DNA of 64,000 nt from Mayamaea pseudoterrestris (lineage: Eukaryota). Below the pieces are notes generated by a model, which saw only the letters and a program-made list of their open reading frames with translations, did no database searches and was not told where the DNA came from. The position numbers and the translations under genes were made by a program. Positions 1 to 11,947 of the stretch are shown in pieces. The stretch covers positions 2,418,001 through 2,482,000 of the forward strand of contig BROI01000001.1 of the NCBI GenBank assembly GCA_027923505.1, written 5' to 3'. The first letter of the stretch is position 1. The number at the start of each line of letters is the position of its first letter.

Positions 1-2618
1 AGTTTTGTACCGGCAAAGGCGGTGGTCTAGTTTGTTGCCAGCTACCGAGCGTCGAAACGGTTTGGTCATCGTTTGCCTCAACATTGATCTCAACAATAGA
101 ACCAATTGTTGATGCATCATTCGCGACTGACTGCCTCAAAGACAGACCGTGCGATTCTTCGGTGACATTAGGTGTCGCCAGCTGGGGCAGACCCAGACCA
201 AAGTCAAGACCAGTAATCAAGGCTGGAGCCTCCTCTAAAGTTGTGTCAACTATTTGCGTCTGCACGCCTTGCAACTGCCTAGCCTGTCTGTTCCATTCTC
301 GGTTACGTCGACGCTGTTCCTCACGCTTCGCAGCTAAGCGTTCGGCCACCAAACGGTCCTCTTCAGCTTTCTTTGCCACTTCGACTCGTTTCGCTTCCGT
401 ATCTTTCTTGTTATGCGTTTTCCGACTCTTGTTGTTCCTAGACGCAGGCTTTTGGTCATCCGTTTGCGCATTCATTTTGGCTCCCATCGCCTCGGAATGG
501 CCCGTGCCGCTATCTTGGCCAAATATCCATGCTACGACTTCGTCCGGCGTAGCACTATTCACTCCACCACATTCTCGAATACCTCGCATTACCTGCTCCC
601 GCTCAAAGCCCATCTGCACAAGTGCAATAACTAAGGGAACATCCGGAGACACTGACTTAAACTGCGGTTTGGCTGCAATGACTGGTTCAGTCGCGATGGA
701 GTGGTCGTACTCGTTTTTACCAGTATCTGGCGTCGTTGTGGAATCATCATTTTCAGCCTCAGCTTGTGAATCGCTATCTTCGCCGTCAATTAGATCGTCA
801 ACTTTCTGGCCGCCCTCGCTTTTGGAGTAGAAAACCTCACGAGCCTGTGCGGTCGCTTCCCGCGCAAGCTCCTCCTCATGCTTAATTTCATCAGGTGCCA
901 GCGGAATGTAGTCGTTAATCTCAATTTTTTTGAGGCGCTCAATCAAACGTTGAACTGACACCAGATATCCACGAGCGCTTGGCGTCTTAAAAATATCTTT
1001 CGAGAGTTCCGGTACTGCCATTCCATGCGATTCAATCAATTTTTCATTATTCTGCACTAAGCATTCCAAAAGTTGTCGTGGCGTAAAACCCTTGCCAGTG
1101 CGTGCATGCCATGTGTGGGAATCGTTTGTGAGATTATTAAATGTTTTTGAGGCTTTGCCGCAACTGAGCAATGCTTCAACCATCTCGAATGATCCAGAAA
1201 TGGCTGCGTAATGAGATGGAGCAAAGCCGGAGTCGAAACAGGTCTGTTCAATGACTTTATTCATGATAGATGAAGGCATTTTTGATGCCAGCATGAGAAT
1301 CATACGCGAGTCGGCGTGAAAACAAGCAGTATGGAAAATGCTGCGCCCATTCCTCAGTTTTACCAACACAACATCAGGCGCCAGGTCAATAAGGAATGCC
1401 ACCAGCCTCTCCCTGACGTCTCGGCCTTTATCCTTAGACGCTCGATTCTTAGAGACACAAAGCGGAAGCAAAGACTCCACATGCAATAGAACTGTGTCCA
1501 GTGGGTCATCCTTACGCAAGGGCGATGCTTCTAAAACTTCTTCCAACTGAGACAATGACTGCATAGACGACGCTACTCGAGATTTCCAATTTGTTATAAT
1601 CTTTTCTCGTTTCTTCAACAACTCCTCTTTCGCCTTGACTTGGGCATCTTTTCGCGCCCTTTCCTTCTTCCAATTTTTCTTGGTATCCTTAGCCTTGACA
1701 TTTTTGCGAGCACGTTCCTCTTGCTCGAGAGCGTCTTCAATGGCGATTCGCTCCAGAGAATCCCATTCCAAAGGCACTATTCCCTCCAAGCCTGCAACGG
1801 GTTCTGGTTCGACATTGGGAATGATAATAACAGGAAGCGGCTTGACTGTTCTAGGTTCGTTCATGAGGTGAGGGTGCTTGAGTCGATATGCCTGTGCGTC
1901 AAAGTCCATCAATTCCGGGACAGAGTCTACGCTATCGTCGTCATTGTCATGTGGCCACATCTCAGGCCATCCTCCTGGCGGCGGAGGAAGATCATCGGGG
2001 AATTTAAAGAGACTCTTTGAAGCACTGCGTGGTTTGTTGAGCTTGTCAGTATTCATCTGGAGCCTTAAAAACAGTATTTGCATGTGAGTGATAAGGGGCT
2101 CCATGACACTAAAGTTATGTCCATTGATGCTTCACGTACCCCATTATTTCCACAAACATACTCATAAGCGCCTTCATCTCCTTCTCACTGCATGGGATGC
2201 TAGGATCCTTACGTCTCGAACTCGGCGGCATGAAACTTGGTCCAGGAAGTTTGCTGTTGGTCGCTGGTCCGACAGAAGCTGTTGCGGTGCCACCTTTACC
2301 AAATGTCTAGACAAGTTCGATGCAAAACCATTGTGAGAAGAGAATGATTCATCCTGCTGGCACTCGCGCCTTTGGCTCCCACAACAAACACGTCAAGGCT
2401 CGTCAACCCAAACAAAACGAACTCAATCGATCCCTACTCACCAACTTCATTTCACGAGCGCCACCAAAGGCTCCCTTGCTAGCAATGGTCTTCAGATAAT
2501 CCGCGGCCTGGTCTGGGGTCATGGTTTTTGCAGCCTGCCCCCCAATTTTGACCTGGATTGTTCGCTGCTTCTTTGATGACTCTTTACCGTTGGCGGCTTT
2601 ACCATCATCCTTGTTCAT
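1..2618 (-). CDS. Uncharacterised coiled-coil-rich protein, 3 exons, 3' end beyond the window edge
   Basis: ATG at 2618. Exon 1 is 2618-2442, intron 2441-2307 (GTGAGT..CTAG), exon 2 is 2306-2140, intron 2139-2064 (GTACGT..TAAG), and exon 3 is open from 2063 to position 1. The splices give a continuous frame (..EMKL/TFGK..EIMG/LQMN..). K/E-rich helical segments are present. Confidence 0.7.
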
Positions 2619-2855
2619 CTTTCTAGTCAATGAACCTCTCTCTCTTCTCCAACTTGCTTTGTTATGCTGCTACATTAATGGGGGAGACGAATTGAGTTGA
2701 ATGCTGTGGCTGGCTGATCGCCGCGCGTTTCTCTTGTTGGCACGACTCGTACCGGTACTTGCGTCATGTGAGTACCGGTATGATGTGTGTAACAACGGGT
2801 AGTTTAGGTGTACGAGTAAAATGAACGCGTACCATGTTAAAGTTTTGCTAATCAT

Positions 2856-5105
2856 TTACCAAGCTCCTTGATAATCAACATCACTGTCCAGACTACGCTC
2901 GTCGTCACTAGCAAACGCGTTTTCCAGAACCCGTTGTTTGCGTTCCATCTCCTTACGAGCCCGTTCTTCGACAAGATCTTGCTGCCGTTCCAACTCACTC
3001 GAAATGCCAGACTTCGACTTGGCATCCATTTGAGGTAATTCCAGTGGCAGACTTCGTTGCTGAAGCTGCAACTTGGGGCGCTCGCTGACAAGGCCGTCCA
3101 CGCGTGAATTGATAGCATCTGGTACATCATTCATCATTGTTCGAGTGGCGCCGCCACTCATGGGGATGCCGGTCGACGCTATTTTTCCAGTGTTATTATT
3201 TGTATCAAAGGGCAATGTACGAGGCTTTAGTACCAACGGAGCCCGCAACTCGGGACCAGTCGGAAGTGGCCGCATGATGAGCAATGGTCCCTTCCAGTTT
3301 CGTACAGCTTCCGACAGTAGCGGCATTGGCACCCGCGCGTCCAGTTGCTTGCGACAATGAATGTAGCGCTTACCCTCTGGATCGTAACTCTGCGTCTCTA
3401 AGTTCCAAAAGTCGCTGTATTCGTGAACAAACACTCGAGTGGGTCGATCCATTGGCGTCAACGACAATGAGCTTGCTGCCTTGTCCGTCACAAGCTGGGT
3501 CCACTTCTTCTCCAATTTCAAAAGTAAGGCAGGGCGTTCTTTAGCTTGGAAAATCAGCGAGTCGGGGTACACAGTAGTTCGGAGCTCGTCTACAAATGCA
3601 GCCCTGTCACTCTCGACCTCTGCACGAGTGGACTTAATACCAAGCGCGTCTGCCAATGCCATGTTTCGTTCCAAAAGGGCATCGCTTATCACAGGTTCGG
3701 TTACCGTGGTAATCGTTGAAACCGGTGGTACAGAGGATGGCTCTGGTGGCAGCATTCCAAATGGAAGGTTCGCTGCCGCAGCTCGACGAAGTGCATCTTC
3801 GCGAGCCTCTCGCTGCCTCTGAAGTTCCTCTGGGTTAGTCTTTTTGACCGCCTTGGCAATGAGAGATAGCGTAGCAACGGTTTTTTTCTGTGGTACAGGA
3901 TCTGGCAACATAGCATCCGCCTGCCTCAATAGTTCCATTGTTTCGGAAAGCGCTGGAAAATCAACAGGTTGTGGCGTTACAGATCGAAAGGAACGTGCAA
4001 TGTGACTCGCCGACCAAAGCGAATTCGCATTTGACATTCCTCCGCGAGGAGCGTCATGAACAAAAGTTTGCGTGCTGCCTCTCAATTCTGGGTTTAACGC
4101 ATCGTCAATCACATAAAATCCGCCTTCGCCATAGATTCCCACGTCATCGTTGTTGTGACGGCCTCGTGGCGGACGGTGTTGGGCCGGTTCAGCGTCTTCC
4201 CGCGCATATGCCTGATACTGCGCACGAAGTCGACTCGTAGGGGGCGCGCTGGAAGCAGGTTGCTGCGGTGCGCTTGGATGCGTACCAAAGAGTGCGTTCA
4301 ACAATTGTGTAGCCTCCTGCTGAAGAATGGCGGCCCGACCTGCTTGCGTATTTCCTGCAGCGCCAGCGGTGGAGATGGTGATGCCTCTTTTATCGTATGC
4401 TTCAGTCACACTTAAACTCGAAAAGCCGTGCTTCTTTAGATAATGATCAAGACCTTGAATCTCCCGCCGCGTCAAGTCGCGTCGGTTGAGTGGGTCAATA
4501 AACTGCAGCTGAGAAACCATGTAGTAGGCAAGCGCTCTACCATCATATAAATGGTAATGACGCTTCTCGGGCTGAACAAGAGGAACTCGCCCTTCAATTT
4601 CATTAGTGCCAGTTTCTTTGGCAGTGAATCCAAGTGTCGTGTTGCCCCACTGCTCCTGGAGTACTCGCATTCGTCGCTCTTCTTCCGTTTCTTTAACGTC
4701 AATCTCGACTGCCAATTGCGATTCGACTTCTGTCGCCTTTGGAATTGGCCACTCTCGGACGGGATCATAGGGTTCCGATGCGACAAGAGCAAAAGGTGGG
4801 TAAGGCAACGAAACAAGACTCTCCAGCGTAATAGGATCGACCGTGTCGGCAGGTATATGCTTGCGCCATGGATACCGTCGCCGGGGACCTTTTTTGCGAG
4901 GTCTGGGTTTGGCATTCGCTTTTGGTGCATGCTCAGGGAGAGTCTGCGGTTGCTTTTCCTCTTGCTGTGGCTGTTCGTCAAGTTTTACTTTCTGTTGCCG
5001 CTTCTTCCGCGGTCCTCGATTGCGCTTGACATTACGGCCATTCGCTCCGTTTCTCGGGCCAGTTTCTGCCAGTTGGGTGGCACCACTATTTTCTGTTGCG
5101 TCCAT
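2856..5105 (-). CDS. R3H-domain protein (NF-X1-type R3H-like, putative nucleic-acid binding)
   Basis: Long ORF with probable start MDATENS. It contains LTPMDRPTRVFVHEYSDFWNLETQSYDPEGKRY, an RxxxH R3H signature, and N-terminal DPITLE / DPLNRR motifs. Confidence 0.65.
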   Translation of the reverse strand: MDATENSGATQLAETGPRNGANGRNVKRNRGPRKKRQQKVKLDEQPQQEEKQPQTLPEHAPKANAKPRPRKKGPRRRYPWRKHIPADTVDPITLESLVSLPYPPFALVASEPYDPVREWPIPKATEVESQLAVEIDVKETEEERRMRVLQEQWGNTTLGFTAKETGTNEIEGRVPLVQPEKRHYHLYDGRALAYYMVSQLQFIDPLNRRDLTRREIQGLDHYLKKHGFSSLSVTEAYDKRGITISTAGAAGNTQAGRAAILQQEATQLLNALFGTHPSAPQQPASSAPPTSRLRAQYQAYAREDAEPAQHRPPRGRHNNDDVGIYGEGGFYVIDDALNPELRGSTQTFVHDAPRGGMSNANSLWSASHIARSFRSVTPQPVDFPALSETMELLRQADAMLPDPVPQKKTVATLSLIAKAVKKTNPEELQRQREAREDALRRAAAANLPFGMLPPEPSSVPPVSTITTVTEPVISDALLERNMALADALGIKSTRAEVESDRAAFVDELRTTVYPDSLIFQAKERPALLLKLEKKWTQLVTDKAASSLSLTPMDRPTRVFVHEYSDFWNLETQSYDPEGKRYIHCRKQLDARVPMPLLSEAVRNWKGPLLIMRPLPTGPELRAPLVLKPRTLPFDTNNNTGKIASTGIPMSGGATRTMMNDVPDAINSRVDGLVSERPKLQLQQRSLPLELPQMDAKSKSGISSELERQQDLVEERARKEMERKQRVLENAFASDDERSLDSDVDYQGAW

Positions 5106-5599
5106 GGTTGTTTTAATAAAGGAAAGACTGCGTAGTAGTGTGATAATGGTTTGATTGGTACTTGTAGGTGTACGACGAACAATGGCGGAGCACATTCGTC
5201 GGCGTTGTTGCAGACGTGCCTCCAGCTTTTTGTCGCACCGTCACAGCGATGTCCATGACCAGACGACCGTGCTTAACTACGAGTTAGCTACCAAGTACTC
5301 CCTACCTATACTCGTCTCCGAGTGCATTGGTCAGTTATCGCCTACCGGGGAATATAACATTGTGTCGCGAGTTTCAGGTCGAAAGAAGATTTGTAGTGAA
5401 CTGTCACAGTCTTGGCGGCGTCAACCTAAACAGCACTGCCTCACTTTTCATGGATTCTGTTGAAGCCACACACACGCCACACACCAATCATACGGAAACT
5501 ATAGTAAGCTTTGTCTTGTGATAAATCTACTTAATAATGAAAGTTTATTTACATAGCCTTCGTTCGACATACCAACTGTTACGTAGCAGGTACGTCTTC

Positions 5600-7721
5600 T
5601 TAGTACTCTTTGCTTTCCTCCAACAAGCCCGATTGTTGGTGTCGCAATGCAGAAGGTGAGAAGCTGACTGCTAAATTTATTTGCGGCGACAAGTAATGAA
5701 AGCACTTGGCGTGCAAGTCTTCCCGCAGGATCGGCTTGGTCAAGAATTCAGTAGCGCCAGCTTTGAGAGCGTCCACTCTTGAGGCTTCGATCGCATTGGC
5801 CGTTAGAGCTAGTATGGGAAGTGTCATGCCATGGCTTCGAATTAGACGGGTTGCTTCGCACCCGTCCATAGTTGGCATGGACAGATCCATGATAATCAGA
5901 GCGAACTGAGGGGCATCCGAGGCACCAGTATGATTCCTTGACAACAACATAGCATCGACTGCTTCTCGACCGTCGCAAGCAAATCGATGCTCTAAATTGA
6001 AATGCGAGAGCATTTTGCCTAGAAGCTTGCGGTTCAAAAGATTGTCGTCGACAACGAGAACCACATTGTCGTTAGAGGCCAGATTGAACTTGGTCAGCTG
6101 TCGCTTCCGCGGTGACACTGGATTGGAGAGTGACTCCATGGCCAAAATGCTCTGATTGAATGCGGAAGAACTCTGTAAAATGGTAGACGACGGTGATGGA
6201 ATGTCCTCTATGCTAACATTCATCCAGGAAGTCGATTCTTGTGTCAAAAGCGTCGCTGACGCCGTACTTGATTGTCTCACATGCGCTTCCTTAGCCAGTA
6301 TTTTCTTATCGTTAAACAATGGCAGGTTTTGTAATGAAGGTGACGTGATATCTGGTAACCTTGACGTGCTAAGACTACCGGCCATGATGCTGCTGCTGTC
6401 ATCCGTCGTCTCCTTGCAAAGAGTGTGCGAAATATGCAGTGGAATGTAGACCGTGAACGTTGCCCCTTCGCCTTCCTCGCTCTCGACTTGAATCGATCCA
6501 CCCATGAGGCGAAGGATCTTTGTAATGATCGACAATCCGAGGCCCGTGCCGCCGTGCTTGCGATAGTCCGAAAGCTTTTGCGAGTACGGTTTGAAGATCT
6601 CGCCAATACGGTCAGCTGCGATTCCGGGGCCAGTGTCCGCGACGACAACCTTCAGGACAACAGCATCCAGTTCATTGCTCGCAAGACCTTCCTCGGCATG
6701 CTGAAGTAATTTCATCGACGAGTCGGCATCGGCGTCCTCGCTCAATTTTGTAGACTTGTCCTTTGGGCAATGTGTGTTCCGCGAGGTCCCCTGTTTATCA
6801 ACCACGCCTTCCACAAGGGCCTCGTCATAGTCCATGACTGATAGACCAAAAGAGATCACACCTTCCTCGGTGAACTTGACAGCGTTGGAGAGCAAGTTGT
6901 AAAGTATCTGAAGAATGCGTACCGAGTCTCCAATAAGCATCTGCGGCACGTTCTGTGACATGTGAAACTCAAATGCCACATCCGGATGCGCCTTGATTTG
7001 TGTTTCTGTTGATGCTGCCACGTTGTGTGCCATTTCCTGGAAGTCGAAGTGCCGCTCTTCCAGCTGCAACTTGCCCGATTCGAGCTTGCTAATGTCCAAA
7101 ACATCATTCACTAACCGCAACATCAAATTCGTTGATTGCCCGATCGATCGAAGTGCCCTCTCCTGTTCGTCTGTCAACTTTCCATCCTCAAGAAAGCTGA
7201 TTGAGCTCGTCACAGCAAACAAAGGATTCCGGATCTCGTGACAGAGAAAGGCCATAAATGTGATCAGTTTTCGCCTTGACTCTTGCGTCTCTTCGTTGAG
7301 ACGAATAAGCTCCTGCAAGCCCTCGTCTAGAGTGCTCATAAGGTTCGGTACCAGTGGCAACAAGTACATTGCTGTCAAGAACGAAATAAAAGCTGTGCAG
7401 TCATTCAGAATCGCAAATCCTTCTGTGTGTCCTGCTCCAAGGCACCTCATCAGGTGACCAGCTCCGCAAAGAAACACGAACAAAGCAAACAGGATCACAA
7501 GCACAAAGACCTTTAAAGGCATAGCATGCAGTCTCGGATAGAGACAAAGACTGTAGACGATTTGCAGAGGGATGCTAAAGTACGCAATCGTAATGATCAG
7601 CTGGAGAAGAAGGAAGGGAGACAAGCAGTTGATCAGAATCACTTTCGTGCAGTTGAGCCGCCACTCGTGCCATTCCTTGAATACTTACATCGCTCATCGA
7701 AAACACCATGGGTCCGCTCAT
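5600..7721 (-). CDS. Hybrid sensor histidine kinase with N-terminal ethylene-receptor-like 3-TM domain (EBD-HisKA-HATPase-REC), 2 exons
   Basis: Exon 1 is 7721-7689 (MSGPMVFSMSD), intron 7688-7601 (GTAAGT..CTCCAG), exon 2 is 7600-5600. Motifs: SDLIITIAYFSIPL and FVFLCGAGHL (ETR1-like), CHEIRNPL (H box), NLLSNAVKFT, DTGPGI, GGTGLGL, and receiver VVDD..MDLSMPTMDG..LTAN..KP. Confidence 0.9.
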
Positions 7722-8411
7722 GATTAGATTTAAACAGACAAAGGATGGTTACCGTTGGTGATGATGGTGATGAAGGGCAAGGGAGACCATGGCACCGATT
7801 CAGCAACTTCGTTTCGAAACGCGGCGCTGCCACTCGCTCGTGCCTGCACCTCGCGTGGTGTGATTCTCCACTGTCGTGGCAAGATTATTGCCCTCTGGCG
7901 AATAACGCACTTGGAACGAGTAGGAAATTCCATTGGTCGTCTAGTCGTGACAAATCCGGCATGCACTTTAATCGCTTCAATACGTGGCGTCACCCTAGCC
8001 GCCACATGTCACGACTTCCTTTGCGAAGGTCAATGGGGCTTTGCTAACTCATTTAGCGTCCCTGTGAGGCAAGTGAACCAGGAGGTCTTCCACCTTCCAT
8101 CGCTATTCATACTTTGAGGCGTTCGCAGTCGAGGCCATTGCAAACAGGTATGGACCATAATTATTCTTGGTTGAAGCAGTCGATCGTACTCCAGTACATC
8201 AGTGAAGTAACTTCAAGTTTCTGCATACGTACGCAGCAGCTTCTGCCGGACCCATGCCAGCTAACATAAATGTGCCAATTCTTTCAAAACAAATGATTAG
8301 AAGAGTACAGTACTTGACGACATTAGCGCTACATCGACTACGGTGGTCTGGCATCTCAGTGTTTTCCAACAATAAATGACCGAGAGCCTGATAGAACGAG
8401 GTAGTTACCAA

Positions 8412-8942
8412 TCAAATCGTTTCCTCTAACAGCTCTGCCTTAACCAATGGCACCCTTTCCGTTTCATCAACCACCTTATTTTCTGCCACGGGTTTGCTTG
8501 TGCTCTTCACCTTAAAGGAAGCAACCAACTCGATCAGAGACTCTTTCTTACTTTCAGACATGTCTTGAAAGCCATTCACCATCAAGTAAAAGTCAACTTC
8601 TTCCGACGGCATAAAGTCAAGAATCTGCAGCACCTCATGGTCCGAAAGTGAAAAAATCGAATCGTCTTTTATGTTCAATGGCTGTACTTCGGCCGAGATG
8701 AGCTTGCGCTTCTTACATTGTAGCAACGACTTCAGTTCGTCACGTCGGCCGGCGTCGAGTTGAGTGCAGGGAGATGCCTCGAGATACTCGACCACACGCT
8801 GCTCTATCCAAGTTCGTTTGCGGGTCTTTTTGGTGCTATTGTCTTTAGATGTGTGTTCGTGCTGATTTTTAAACATTTCTAAAGCTTCGGCATTGCTAAT
8901 TCTGCAGGGCGCGTCAGACGGCTTTCGAGAGTTGCTTGGCAT
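8412..8942 (-). CDS. RNA polymerase Rpb4/RPC9 (CRCP/C17)-family subunit
   Basis: ISNAEALEM..WIEQRVVEYLEASPC..LSDHEVLQILDFMPSEEVDFYLMV resembles the HRDC-like Rpb4/RPC17 pattern. Confidence 0.65.
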   Translation of the reverse strand: MPSNSRKPSDAPCRISNAEALEMFKNQHEHTSKDNSTKKTRKRTWIEQRVVEYLEASPCTQLDAGRRDELKSLLQCKKRKLISAEVQPLNIKDDSIFSLSDHEVLQILDFMPSEEVDFYLMVNGFQDMSESKKESLIELVASFKVKSTSKPVAENKVVDETERVPLVKAELLEETI

Positions 8943-9220
8943 CGTAATCGTATCGATGATTTGTAAGGTCCAATTGTACTTCTAGTGTCGAAAGGCGGTC
9001 GTGGTGATAGTACAAGCTGTAGGAGTCAGTCGAAGTAGGAGTACATGACGAAGTGGGCGAAAGAGATTGCGGAATGATTTTCGTGGTCGCCCATCGTTCC
9101 ATTTGGTCGAGTCGTGAACAAGTTTCGGTGCGACAGTCGCATCGGTTCCCAATTTGTCTTTTGGAAGCGATGGGGAATCTGCGTTTGTCACACCATGGCT
9201 TCATGCACTTTTAGAACGAA

Positions 9221-11689
9221 ATGGCGTCAATTCCGCGACTCTCAGAGGCAGGAGCTGCACAGTTAATGGAACTACTTGTGGCTAGAGGACTCTTTAAGCA
9301 AGATGGCCACGAATCCATTGTCCTCAAAACGAATGCTGGGCATTATGCGACCATGCCGCATTTGCGCGCGCAGTTGTTGTTTGGTTCTAGCAACTCTCCA
9401 GCCCGGCTAGTCGATGCCACTAATGCTGCACTGGAACTTGACATTTCGATGGTAGATATTCGTCCCATATTGTCGTCACTGTCGTCGGCTAATGAAATAA
9501 GCGTTTATTCGGTCACACCTTCGCAACCGGCGTTCGAGTACGATGTCGATCTCCCCAAGCTCCTCGTCAATGACTACTTGCTCGAACAAGCTATAACGAA
9601 AGAAACTTCGAGGTTATTGGGATCGACCGAAAAGGCTAGCCGGCTTTCAGATTTTGTCGCGCATGTCCTCGCTATTCCGGACCATAAGGCACCTCATTCT
9701 TCGATACGTGCCGATGCCATCGACTTGCTTTCTTGTATAATTCGAGATAAGTTCATGTTGAACCCGATGCTTACCAACGTGAAATGCCAGCATGGAACGC
9801 TTATAATATCGGCTGATTTCATGGCGACGGCTCAGTTTTCTTTGGATTTGAAGAATGCTTTGGCAAAATTGAAGGAACCTACTCTTTTGGCAGATGTTCT
9901 GTCATGGATCGACACAAGTCCCACAATTTACCCAGACTTGAACTGGGTTATTGACAAGCTTGGCGCAGAGCATTTTAATGGCCTCATTAGTCACAACAGC
10001 AGCCACCAAAAGAATCAATCTGGGCAGTATATATTTGTACCAAACTCTTACCTAGCAATTGTCAAGGACCAAGTACTATCAGTCTTTGCGTCTCACGGCC
10101 TCTGGTCGAGAATCTTTCTGATGGAAGAAGCTAAACCGTTGGATCTATCGCTTATAACACCGCAAACTTGGCTCCAAGAGGCGCATCCAAACGCAGTCAT
10201 GCTGCCCCATGCGGTCGTTCGAGCCGACATAACCGAAACTGTACAGGAAGCGATAAAGGAAGCGGAATATTGGCTTGATGTGCAAGCATTTGTTCCTGAC
10301 GGTCTCAGTCAATCAGACATGACTGTTTATTTGAACGACCATCTTGTGAGAGATGAAAGTACTGGTATAGCCGTCGCTTCGAGCAACAACTCATTGTTTG
10401 TCTCGTGTAAGATGCTTGAAGAAATCAGGGAGGTTCTAATGCCGTCAATAGTTCGCGATTTTGTCAAGACGAGAGCGCGAGAGATCCTTAGCGGTGAAAT
10501 AAGTAACAGTACCAAGGAAGAAGGAAATAAAGACGACAAGCGTCGTAAAGGAAAGGACCGGCTCGTCGGAGCGGTGGAGATGCAACCAGACGCCGCTGCG
10601 AGCGACGTGCTTCCTCTAGAGAACGTAGTAGACGCAATACTCAGTAATTACAACAGTCTTGATGATTATGTGCACGAGCTCGGCGAGGAGAATGAACGAC
10701 GTGAGCTTGTGAGCGAGGTTTGTCGCAAATTATACTATCGAGTCGACGCGATGGAGAACGTGTGTCATGCCCTAAAAAACGAGATCTTGCAATTAGAGCA
10801 GCTCCATACGACTCAGCAGCCTTTTCGCGTCGCTGGAAAGGATAGTTTACTAGCTTTCGAGGATCAAGCTTGTTTCGCGACCGCTTGTTACATGATTCAG
10901 TTGATGGCAAGCTTCGTGGAGTATTATGAATCAACCATTGACAAGGATGATTTAACGGAGCAGGCCAGTTTGGAAGCAATGCGACAAGACTTTTTACAAA
11001 GCTTGTGCGCAGACTTTGCTCGGCGTCTTACCATGTATAGCTTGCAAAAACACGGTGTGCTTGACGACGTTTCTTTCTTTGTTCAACACGGAGGCGAAAA
11101 CCTCAGTGATTATTGCTCTCCCATTGGCATCACCGTTTGCGCCTTTCCGAAATGTCGGATAGCCTACGCAGGAACAACTGCCGAAGAGGTCCAAGACGAT
11201 CCTTTGAAGATGCTACGGGAAGCTTTGGATGCGAGTGCTGGTAAATCAGTTACTCGAATGTGGACTCTTCTTGGCAGCGAAACATGCGGCCGTGGATACA
11301 AGGCCGGCGATCTGAAGGGCTTCTTATCACACATCAAAGACGAATGTTTAACTATGTGTGGGCTTCCATTCAAGATTATGGATAAGAAAGCGAAAAAACA
11401 GCTTTTGAATGATCGTCGCCAGGGTCTGATTCGATTGCTGCAAATTGAGACTGGCGCGAAGCGTGTACTTGACTTGGCAGTGATGCACCTATGGCAGCAT
11501 TTCAAAAACCAGGTTGCATTTGGAGAACTTTTGTGTGGACCCATTTTGCAGCGTCTGGTACACGAGAGAAAAATGACTGGAGAAATGTCGAGCGCACTCT
11601 TGGAACTCGCTGCATCAATTGAGAGCGGTTGCATTTCTGAGTCTGATCAGATCGAACGAGTCAAGACACTCTCGCTTGGTAAATGCTAG
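9221..11689 (+). CDS. E3 UFM1-protein ligase 1 (UFL1)-like protein
   Basis: 822-aa ORF. N-terminal RLSEAGAAQLMELL resembles UFL1 RLSERNCIE; there is a central KDDKRRK basic patch and a C-terminal CGLPFKIMDKKAKKQLL. Confidence 0.55.
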   Translation: MASIPRLSEAGAAQLMELLVARGLFKQDGHESIVLKTNAGHYATMPHLRAQLLFGSSNSPARLVDATNAALELDISMVDIRPILSSLSSANEISVYSVTPSQPAFEYDVDLPKLLVNDYLLEQAITKETSRLLGSTEKASRLSDFVAHVLAIPDHKAPHSSIRADAIDLLSCIIRDKFMLNPMLTNVKCQHGTLIISADFMATAQFSLDLKNALAKLKEPTLLADVLSWIDTSPTIYPDLNWVIDKLGAEHFNGLISHNSSHQKNQSGQYIFVPNSYLAIVKDQVLSVFASHGLWSRIFLMEEAKPLDLSLITPQTWLQEAHPNAVMLPHAVVRADITETVQEAIKEAEYWLDVQAFVPDGLSQSDMTVYLNDHLVRDESTGIAVASSNNSLFVSCKMLEEIREVLMPSIVRDFVKTRAREILSGEISNSTKEEGNKDDKRRKGKDRLVGAVEMQPDAAASDVLPLENVVDAILSNYNSLDDYVHELGEENERRELVSEVCRKLYYRVDAMENVCHALKNEILQLEQLHTTQQPFRVAGKDSLLAFEDQACFATACYMIQLMASFVEYYESTIDKDDLTEQASLEAMRQDFLQSLCADFARRLTMYSLQKHGVLDDVSFFVQHGGENLSDYCSPIGITVCAFPKCRIAYAGTTAEEVQDDPLKMLREALDASAGKSVTRMWTLLGSETCGRGYKAGDLKGFLSHIKDECLTMCGLPFKIMDKKAKKQLLNDRRQGLIRLLQIETGAKRVLDLAVMHLWQHFKNQVAFGELLCGPILQRLVHERKMTGEMSSALLELAASIESGCISESDQIERVKTLSLGKC

Positions 11690-11947
11690 GCATTTCGGCT
11701 ATGTGCCTTTTACTGACCAACACTTTGATAGTCTCAAAACGCCACGTACCGTATACTATCGGTAGTACAAGAAGTATAGTATCTGTAGATGAGAGGATCG
11801 CCGATTTTTTACCAGTCTAGCGTCGCACCGTTTATGCATTGGAATCCCTCCGGTACCCACGTTTTGGATTTGCCCATCGACCATGGCCATCAAACATTTT
11901 TTGGCATACTCCAACACTTCAAACGCAAGCAGAAAGCATCGTCTTCC

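Noticed and set aside
84..830. 248-aa plus-strand ORF
   Set aside because: Antisense shadow of the minus-strand exon that runs off the window; S/R-rich with no domain.
7601..7642. ORF-track N-terminus MILINCLSPFLLLQ of the kinase
   Set aside because: Intron polypyrimidine tract and acceptor; the real start is the upstream exon at 7721.
11789..11947. N-terminal extension of GyrA from the ATG at 11789
   Set aside because: The signal peptide and ASAFAP-type motif begin at ATG 11948, so the upstream stretch is probably UTR.
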